Positions 1 to 6,808 of a DNA stretch of 35,933 nucleotides are shown piece by piece (within the stretch, counting starts at the first letter, position 1; the number at the start of each line of letters is the position of its first letter). The notes under the pieces are model-generated. The model was not told where the DNA came from, did no database searches, and was given only the letters and a program-made list of their open reading frames with translations. The stretch comes from an archaeon (GTDB taxonomy: Archaea; Nanobdellota; Nanobdellia; WJKC01), in the NCBI GenBank assembly GCA_014729335.1, contig WJKC01000005.1:1-35933 (forward strand), in the 5' to 3' direction. A program made the position numbers and the translations under genes.

Positions 1-144
1 CTTGACGGCAACATTGGCCAGAACCAGATTGAAACATTAGACATAACAGATTTTGGCAACGTGATGGTCCAGAACGATACTTATGGTATTAAGATAACAC
101 TGCCCGGCGGAGTCGAGGGAACAAGCGACTGCATTGCACAGTAA
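1..144 (+). CDS. 3'-terminal fragment of an ORF running off the window start (hypothetical, probably part of the pilus-type locus)
   Basis: Frame 1 is open from base 1 to TAA at 142-144 (LDGNIGQNQIETLDITDFGNVMVQNDTYGIKITLPGGVEGTSDCIAQ*). It is on the same strand as, and 40 nt upstream of, the next gene. It is absent from the ORF track because it has no start inside the window. Confidence 0.4.
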   Translation, partial: LDGNIGQNQIETLDITDFGNVMVQNDTYGIKITLPGGVEGTSDCIAQ

Positions 145-184
145 CTGTAAACTTATTAAATCCTAGGGTATTCATTATCTATTA

Positions 185-1084
185 ATGAGGGGTCAGTCCG
201 CAATAATCAGCACCGTCTTACTAAGCGGTATAATCCTTGCCATTGTAAGCGCTACTTTCATCTGGGGTCAGCCGTTGGTTCAGAAAACAACTGATAAGGT
301 TAAGATTGACACTATAGTTGATGACTTAACACTGATTAAGGATAATATAGAGCATACGCAGCAGACTGGCAGCCCGTCAGTTGTTAACTTAAACATCCAG
401 GACGCTACTTATCACATCATGCCTGATGAGAATGGAATTGTGGTTAGGACTACTACTCTAATACCTGTCATAACCTCTTATACTTACATACCTATTAGTT
501 ACACTGAGTTAGCTTATGAAACAGAGTTAACTGACGTGGACACATCTCAAACAATCACTGGGGTCAGCACGCCGCCCGGCTATGACGGCGGCGACATACA
601 CTTTGGCAACGTGACGCTTGAAGGAACTCTTTATAACGTGACTGTCTACGTCACTGATAACACTGTTTATGACCACGTCTGCATTTATCAGGGAAGTGAT
701 ATTAGTGACTTAAACACTGAATGCGCAGAGGAGCTTGGGTCAATTAACAAGGCAGGCACTGATTTTACAATCTCATGGGTTAACAGTGACGGCAACGAGG
801 TAATAATCAGCGGTGGTGAGAAAGAGAACATTGGCATTCTTGGAAGCGATCCTGCAGGGATTATTGCAGGCAAGAGCCAGCCGGTCAGCAACCAGCAGCA
901 GGTCAGTCTTAAACTAGCTTACAGGTCATTAAAGGATGCTAATAATCGTAATTATAAGACTTTTATTGAATGCAGTGTTGGGTGCAGGGCTACAACAGGT
1001 GTTCATCGGTTAAGAATTGAGCGGACAAGGGTTGAGCGAACATCCAATAATACTTATTACTACGTCAAAGCTTACTTTGAGTAA
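185..1084 (+). CDS. Prepilin-like (class III signal peptide-type) secreted protein, 299 aa
   Basis: The N-terminus MRG/QSAIISTVLLSGIILAIVSATFIW has a short basic leader, a Gly, then about 22 hydrophobic residues. This is the archaeal prepilin pattern. The rest is Thr/Asn/Val-rich with no further TM segment. A TATA-like ttattaaa at 153-160 lies about 27 nt upstream of the ATG. Confidence 0.6.
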   Translation: MRGQSAIISTVLLSGIILAIVSATFIWGQPLVQKTTDKVKIDTIVDDLTLIKDNIEHTQQTGSPSVVNLNIQDATYHIMPDENGIVVRTTTLIPVITSYTYIPISYTELAYETELTDVDTSQTITGVSTPPGYDGGDIHFGNVTLEGTLYNVTVYVTDNTVYDHVCIYQGSDISDLNTECAEELGSINKAGTDFTISWVNSDGNEVIISGGEKENIGILGSDPAGIIAGKSQPVSNQQQVSLKLAYRSLKDANNRNYKTFIECSVGCRATTGVHRLRIERTRVERTSNNTYYYVKAYFE

Positions 1085-1151
1085 CAATAAAAGTACTTAA
1101 ATCAGGAAATTTTTAATAAATAATAAGTTTGAGGGAGCTGAAGCACTAATT

Positions 1152-3104
1152 ATGGCAAAGGATTTTTATAAAAAATTATCAGAAAGGCTTAAGAAGGCTA
1201 AGGAAGAATTAGAAAAGAGTAAAAAAGAAGCCCCTCCAAAGAAAGAAGAAGCAGAGGTTCCTGAGAAGCCCTCACTGCCTCCATCTCTGCCTAAAAAACC
1301 ATCCATGCCTTCAGTTCAAGCGCCTCAGATGCCGGTCAGGACTCCTAGAGTGGTTGAGCAGCCTAAAATATTAGTAGCTCCTCCTCAGCAAGCCCCTGCG
1401 CCGCAGGCGCCAACTATTGCTCCTACAAAGGGTCCTGCCAAGCCCAGTATTGTTAAAGAAAGAGAGATGGGCGGCATAAGTGTCACAGAGTTGGAGGGAG
1501 AGGCGCCAACAACCATTAAGTATAAGCCGATAAGCATGGAGATGCCTGAGGAATTCGAGGCTGGGGGCGGGGGCGAAGTAGTTGCCAAGGAGTACATCCA
1601 GAAGCTTAAAAAAGTTGATGACAGGTTCCCGTTGATTAATCTTACAATTAAAGGGGAGAAGGTGACTGTTGCCTGGGGCCGTATCAGCTGGCATGATGAG
1701 ATAAACAACCTTGTCTACGAGGTTAATGAACCGCCATTGAATGATAAGTTAAAAAAAGTGCTTCAGGAATCAAAGACTCTTTTAAGGCAGAAACTTGACA
1801 TTGACTTTACTAAGATAAGGGTTGAGAAGGCTTATGAGTACTTAATGAACCGTTTTGATGAGATAAGTAATGAGATAGCGCCTGACATCACTTCTAAGGA
1901 TAAGATAGTGCTTCAATACTACGTGTTCAGGGATTTTATCGGCCTTGGCAGGATTGAAGCACTGCTCCATGACCAGAACATTGAGGATATTCACTGTGAC
2001 GGTTTCAACATTCCATTATTCATCACTCACCGAAACCCTACTTATGGCGAACTGCAGACCAATATTCTCTTCCAGACCAAGGAGGAACTGGATTCATTCG
2101 TCCTTAGGCTAGCTCAGAAGTGCGGCAAGGCTTTAAGCGTTGCCGAACCTTTAATGGACGGCAGCCTGCCTGACGGCAGCCGAGTTCAGATAACTTACGG
2201 CACTGATATCGCAATGAGGGGAAGCAACTTCACTATCAGGAAGTTCACTGAGAAGCCTATAACACCTGTTGACGAGCTGGACTTCGGCACTGCCAGCCCC
2301 GAGATATGCGCTTATTTGTGGATGGCTGTGGAGTCAGGCTTGTCTATAATGGTTGCTGGTGCAACTGCTACTGGTAAGACCAGTTTCCTGAACGCTCTAT
2401 CATTATTTATTAAACCTGAGTTAAAAATCATCAGTATTGAGGACACGCCTGAGTTAAGGCTGCCTCACCCTAACTGGATTCCAGTGGTTGCCAGAGGCGG
2501 GTTCGGGGTTAAGGGTTATGGCGAGGTAACGATGTTTGACCTGCTTAAAAGCGCTTTAAGGCAGCGGCCTAACTTCGTAATCGTTGGCGAGGTCAGGGGC
2601 AAGGAGGCTTACGTCATGTTCCAGGGAATGGCGACCGGCCACCCAAGCATGGGGACCCTGCACGCTGACAGCCTGCCAGCAGTTATTGACCGTTTGACCA
2701 CTGAGCCTATTAACATTCCTAAACCAATGCTTGAGAACCTTGACTTAATAGTTTTCCTGGTTCAGACCAAGCGCAAAGGAGAGTATGTTAGAAGGGTTAA
2801 CGAAACAGTTGAGATTGTCGGCTATAATCCTCAGAATAGGAACTTAATCACTAATCGTTCGTTCAGATGGGATTCTGAGAACGACCGGTTCTTATTGTTA
2901 AAAAGCATACTACTAGATAAGATTAGGGAGAAAATGGGTTACTCAGTTGGTGAGTTAAAATCCGACCTGGTTAGACGAATTAAACTGCTTAAGTGGCTTC
3001 AGGAAAACCGGGTTAAAGATTACCGGGAAGTCGCTAGGTACTTCAACTTGTATTACACTAATCCAGAAAGGGTTGAAAAACTAGTGAGGCGCAGCAAGAA
3101 ATGA
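1152..3104 (+). CDS. Type II/IV secretion-family ATPase (archaeal pilus/archaellum assembly ATPase, FlaI/EpdL/TadA-like) with a long Pro-rich N-terminal extension
   Basis: Walker A is VAGATATGKTSFLNAL, Walker B-like is PNFVIVGEVRGKEA, and the His-box-like motif is GMATGHPSMGTLHADS. The gene is followed directly (ATGA overlap) by T2SSF-like membrane proteins. Confidence 0.85.
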   Translation: MAKDFYKKLSERLKKAKEELEKSKKEAPPKKEEAEVPEKPSLPPSLPKKPSMPSVQAPQMPVRTPRVVEQPKILVAPPQQAPAPQAPTIAPTKGPAKPSIVKEREMGGISVTELEGEAPTTIKYKPISMEMPEEFEAGGGGEVVAKEYIQKLKKVDDRFPLINLTIKGEKVTVAWGRISWHDEINNLVYEVNEPPLNDKLKKVLQESKTLLRQKLDIDFTKIRVEKAYEYLMNRFDEISNEIAPDITSKDKIVLQYYVFRDFIGLGRIEALLHDQNIEDIHCDGFNIPLFITHRNPTYGELQTNILFQTKEELDSFVLRLAQKCGKALSVAEPLMDGSLPDGSRVQITYGTDIAMRGSNFTIRKFTEKPITPVDELDFGTASPEICAYLWMAVESGLSIMVAGATATGKTSFLNALSLFIKPELKIISIEDTPELRLPHPNWIPVVARGGFGVKGYGEVTMFDLLKSALRQRPNFVIVGEVRGKEAYVMFQGMATGHPSMGTLHADSLPAVIDRLTTEPINIPKPMLENLDLIVFLVQTKRKGEYVRRVNETVEIVGYNPQNRNLITNRSFRWDSENDRFLLLKSILLDKIREKMGYSVGELKSDLVRRIKLLKWLQENRVKDYREVARYFNLYYTNPERVEKLVRRSKK

Positions 3105-3964
3105 ATTACGGGGAGTTCAGTTACAAGTTATTCCACGATTTTTCAAAAAAGTACTCTTATTTATTCAAGGATATTCAAGAGGACCTGTTAGAATCAAACA
3201 TTAAATACTCTGTTCAGGAGTACTTCGCTTCAATGGTGATGACCCTGATAATATCAACACCACTGATAGCTGTTTTCACAATAGGTTTATTCATATTAGT
3301 TAGTGACTTATTAATCTCAATAATAGGCGCCTTAATCTTCTATTCACTGGTTGCAGCAGGCATCATAGCCTTATTCTACTTATACCCATCCCAGCAGGCA
3401 TCTAGTATTGAGAAGCGGATTGAGAACGCGCTTCACTTCGCGGTTATTTATATGGAAACGCTCGCCGGCACCGGAGCGCCGCCACACTTATTATTCAGGA
3501 TTCTGGGCTCGTTTGAGGAGTTCAGCGAGATTTCAAAAATCTCCCGCAAGATAAGCAGGGATATTGAGATATTCGGTATGGACCCTGCTGAGGCTATCAG
3601 CAAGGCAGCTGAGAAGACGCCTTCACCTAACATGAAAGAACTGTTATGGGGTATGAAGGCCACCATCACTTCAGGCGGCGACTTAAAATTATACCTTAGT
3701 GAGAAGGCAAGGGCTTTTGCAAATGATTACAGGCGGAAACTAGAGGAGTTCACCCAGATATTAGCGGTCCTATTAGAGATTTACATCACCATAGTTATTG
3801 TTGGAAGCGTATTAATATTAGTGCTGACAACCATTATGAGCTTATTAAGCGGGGGGATAGCAGGGCTTGCAGAACTGCAGTTAGTACTTGTGACTATAGG
3901 CTTGCCATTCATGTCAGTAATCTTCATATTATTAATTAAGTCATCAAGCCCGTCAGAGGTGTAG
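3101..3964 (+). CDS. Pilus platform membrane protein 1 (single T2SSF/TadB-TadC/FlaJ-like domain)
   Basis: Polytopic protein with a central soluble helical segment (ALHFAVIYMETLAGTGAPPHLLFRILGS...SPNMKELLWGMKATITSGGDL) flanked by TM helices, as in T2SSF domains. Its ATG overlaps the ATPase stop (ATGA). Confidence 0.7.
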   Translation: MNYGEFSYKLFHDFSKKYSYLFKDIQEDLLESNIKYSVQEYFASMVMTLIISTPLIAVFTIGLFILVSDLLISIIGALIFYSLVAAGIIALFYLYPSQQASSIEKRIENALHFAVIYMETLAGTGAPPHLLFRILGSFEEFSEISKISRKISRDIEIFGMDPAEAISKAAEKTPSPNMKELLWGMKATITSGGDLKLYLSEKARAFANDYRRKLEEFTQILAVLLEIYITIVIVGSVLILVLTTIMSLLSGGIAGLAELQLVLVTIGLPFMSVIFILLIKSSSPSEV

Positions 3965-3973
3965 TATGGAATT

Positions 3974-5092
3974 ATGAATAAGCGAGAGAAATTAATCTTA
4001 TTAGCAAGTGTTATCTCAGCCCTGGTGTTATTCATAGGGGGGATGTTCTTCTCAAGCTTTGATCCTCTAATCCTAGGATACCTGGGTATTATCAGCTTAA
4101 TGATAGTAATCTTTCCCTACTCACTAACCGTTTACCTGGCTGTTAGGAAGGCTAAGACAATGGAGAACTTCTTCCCAAGGTTCCTGATGGACGTTGCTGA
4201 GAGCAAGAGAGCGGGCATGACTATCCCTAAAGGAATAGAGTTAAGCGCTGAGACTGATTACGGACCGCTCACCCCTCATATTAAACAAGTAAGGAATCAG
4301 TTATCATGGGGGGTTCCTTTCCCAGAAACAATTAAACTATTATCTGAAAGAATAACACATAGTTCTTATATTAAGCGGGGGCTGGCCATCTTACTAGAAG
4401 CTTATTACTCCGGCGGCAAAGTAGCTGATACAATGGAGGCGGTTGCTGAGAGCACAAGGGTTCTTAAAGAAGTGGAGAAGGAGCGTGAGTCAATGCTTCA
4501 GCAGCAGTTAATAATCGTGTACTTAATTCACTTCATATTCGTGGGAATCCTGGTAGCTCTTTATAGAATACTTATTCCATTACTAACCTTTCAAGGAGGA
4601 GGCGGTTCAACACTAGTCACTGCTTTTGGCGGAGGCGAGGCTCCGCCGCTTAACTTTTATAAACTATTATTCTTCCTGACCATGACCATTCAGTCATTAA
4701 GCAACGGAATAGTGGCGGGTGTTACTAAGGAGGGGAGTATATCAAGCGGCACCAAGCACGCTGGTGTAATGATTACTATCTCATTATTTGTCTATACCGC
4801 TTTTATCTTCCCCCAGATGTTCACGATTAACGCTATCAGCTCTAAAGGGGAGTTAACAACTAATGAGCCAATAGAGTTTTACGGCAGCTTGACATTGGAG
4901 AATGAGCCGTTAAGCGGTGTTGAGGTAGAGGTTGATTTTGGAGGCAAGAGCGCTTCCGGAGTAACTGATGAGTACGGCGACTTTAATATCAAGATGCGTT
5001 CACCAACTGTTCCCGGCTCATATAACGTAGTACTGGAGGCTGAGTATGAGGGTCTTACAACCACGCAAACCCTTCTTGTCAACGTTAAGTAA
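3974..5092 (+). CDS. Pilus platform membrane protein 2 (T2SSF/TadC/FlaJ-like) with a C-terminal beta-sandwich-like extension
   Basis: T2SSF-like segment FPRFLMDVAESKRAGMTIPKGIELSAETDYGPLTPHIKQVRNQLSWGVPFPETIKLLSERI lies between TM helices. The C-terminal ~80 aa (LSGVEVEVDFGGKSASGVTDEYGDFNIKMRSPTVPGSYNVVLEAEYEG) resembles carboxypeptidase-regulatory/Ig-like folds. Confidence 0.7.
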   Translation: MNKREKLILLASVISALVLFIGGMFFSSFDPLILGYLGIISLMIVIFPYSLTVYLAVRKAKTMENFFPRFLMDVAESKRAGMTIPKGIELSAETDYGPLTPHIKQVRNQLSWGVPFPETIKLLSERITHSSYIKRGLAILLEAYYSGGKVADTMEAVAESTRVLKEVEKERESMLQQQLIIVYLIHFIFVGILVALYRILIPLLTFQGGGGSTLVTAFGGGEAPPLNFYKLLFFLTMTIQSLSNGIVAGVTKEGSISSGTKHAGVMITISLFVYTAFIFPQMFTINAISSKGELTTNEPIEFYGSLTLENEPLSGVEVEVDFGGKSASGVTDEYGDFNIKMRSPTVPGSYNVVLEAEYEGLTTTQTLLVNVK

Positions 5093-5831
5093 GAAGGCGG
5101 CAGTAATTGATATTGATATAATAGTAGCTTATCTTTTATTCATTTCAACAATAATCCTGATGATTAACTACGCGCTCGGGCTAACCGCTCCTTTCAGCAC
5201 TAGTATTGAATCAATTGAGAAAGAGAAGAACACTATAGCAGTAAGGGATGGGTTGAAAACCAGTTTTGGCAAGAACGAGTTTAACAGTTTATGCAATGTT
5301 GACTACATTAACCTCAGGCGCTTCAGTCTTACTTATGAAGTGATGGGTTTTGAAATGCCTTACACTGACTCTGAGCACATCACGCCCAGCCACCTTAACG
5401 GGTCAGTGGTTTTCTGGCGTGAAAACGAGGTTCTGCACGTATCAACCGGCAGCAATGCTTCATCAGAGTTCATTAGTGTTGAGGTAGTAATACCTGAAGA
5501 CGCCAGCGTCACTAACATATCATTGGAGGGCGGGGATTCTTTCAGTGTTGATTATGACTCTTTCAACAACTTACTAGTCAGTCTTGACTCAGATGTCAGT
5601 AACGGAGACGTTGATGAAATAACAATTAAGCCGGTTAGGGGTATTGTTAGTTTCAGACTCTACGGTGTTAACAAGACAAGCTGTTATATCGGGCTGATGC
5701 CGCTCAGTAATTACTGCGGCACTAAGGGGATAACAGGAGCTCGTACTAGTTTCAACCGCTATGGTTTAATGACTGATGAGCGGACAGAGTACTATGTTAA
5801 ACTATTAGGTGATATCTGGTGGACAAGCTAG
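5046..5831 (+). CDS. Pilus-locus protein with an N-terminal hydrophobic anchor (possible prepilin-like), start uncertain
   Basis: The N-terminal region ...LSKKA/AVIDIDIIVAYLLFISTIILMINY is a basic stretch followed by a hydrophobic helix. The track ATG overlaps the upstream gene by 47 nt. An in-frame TTG at 5076 would give MSTLSKKAAVI... Its 3' end overlaps the next ORF. Confidence 0.5.
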   Translation: MRVLQPRKPFLSTLSKKAAVIDIDIIVAYLLFISTIILMINYALGLTAPFSTSIESIEKEKNTIAVRDGLKTSFGKNEFNSLCNVDYINLRRFSLTYEVMGFEMPYTDSEHITPSHLNGSVVFWRENEVLHVSTGSNASSEFISVEVVIPEDASVTNISLEGGDSFSVDYDSFNNLLVSLDSDVSNGDVDEITIKPVRGIVSFRLYGVNKTSCYIGLMPLSNYCGTKGITGARTSFNRYGLMTDERTEYYVKLLGDIWWTS

Positions 5832-6808
5832 CCTTTGTTAAGACCCTGGAGGCAATACTAGCAGCGGTAGTGGCAGTATCGCTTTATAATTTTCTTCAGA
5901 CCTACTCCAGCGGACAGGTTGAAGCCTTTACCAGGCCCCCTGACACCCTGCTTAATGACTTCCTGGATAATATTGACTTAAACAGCGTGGTTAATGAATA
6001 TGACTACCTAACTCTTGACTCATTGTTTAGTAATTTGTTCTATGAAACCATTTATTATTATTTTGAACCGGTTTATCATGAAAAACTACTGGTTAGTGGT
6101 GATAATGGCTCGCCCCGCAATATCAGCTTCATCTATCACTTCCCATTAGGAGTTGATAAGAATTCTGTCAGGGTTTTCTCCAGCAACTATGAGTTAAACA
6201 CAAACGCCTTATTTAACTGGCGCCGGGTGCCGTTAAACTTTAATGAATCAATAAGTGATGAGCACCTGAAGTTCAACATAACAATTGATGAACAAGGGGT
6301 TAATAATCAGTCACTAAGATTCTTTATTAGGGGTAAAGAGTCAGTGCTGTCAATAACTGACTGGGTTGAAGGTCCTTCAACAATTAACGCTTCAATCATC
6401 AGCTACATACCTGAGCTGGCGTCAGGCGAGTTATGCTATGTTTATTACTCAACAGGGTTGTTAAACAATGCCTCTTACCCGTTACTAAGCGAGAGTAAGG
6501 AGGCTCAAGCAACTATTTATAATTCACAGGAAGCCAGGACAGCTGACGTGTTATTCAGTGCTGAGAGCCTTGGCTCTGAAACCAGCACTTACCACGTTAA
6601 GTACTCCTTGTTCAGCGAGAACCCTGATAACTATGCCGAGATAACTAATATTAATAATACGGGCGTGACCCTTGAAATAAAAGAGGATGAAATAAAGGGG
6701 GGTTCAGCGCCTTACAGCGCAACCATTAGGGGAGAGAACGCTGTTAAAAGAGTGCTGCCAATAGACAACGGCTTTGTTGAGTTAACAGTTTATGGAGGCT
6801 ACTCATGA
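5819..6808 (+). CDS. Pilus-locus protein with a prepilin-like N-terminal helix, 329 aa (GTG start)
   Basis: N-terminus MDKLA/FVKTLEAILAAVVAVSLYNFL has an F-x-x-x-L-E-type helix reminiscent of type IV pilin N-termini. It overlaps both neighbours (13 nt upstream, ATGA downstream), consistent with translational coupling. Confidence 0.5.
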   Translation: MDKLAFVKTLEAILAAVVAVSLYNFLQTYSSGQVEAFTRPPDTLLNDFLDNIDLNSVVNEYDYLTLDSLFSNLFYETIYYYFEPVYHEKLLVSGDNGSPRNISFIYHFPLGVDKNSVRVFSSNYELNTNALFNWRRVPLNFNESISDEHLKFNITIDEQGVNNQSLRFFIRGKESVLSITDWVEGPSTINASIISYIPELASGELCYVYYSTGLLNNASYPLLSESKEAQATIYNSQEARTADVLFSAESLGSETSTYHVKYSLFSENPDNYAEITNINNTGVTLEIKEDEIKGGSAPYSATIRGENAVKRVLPIDNGFVELTVYGGYS

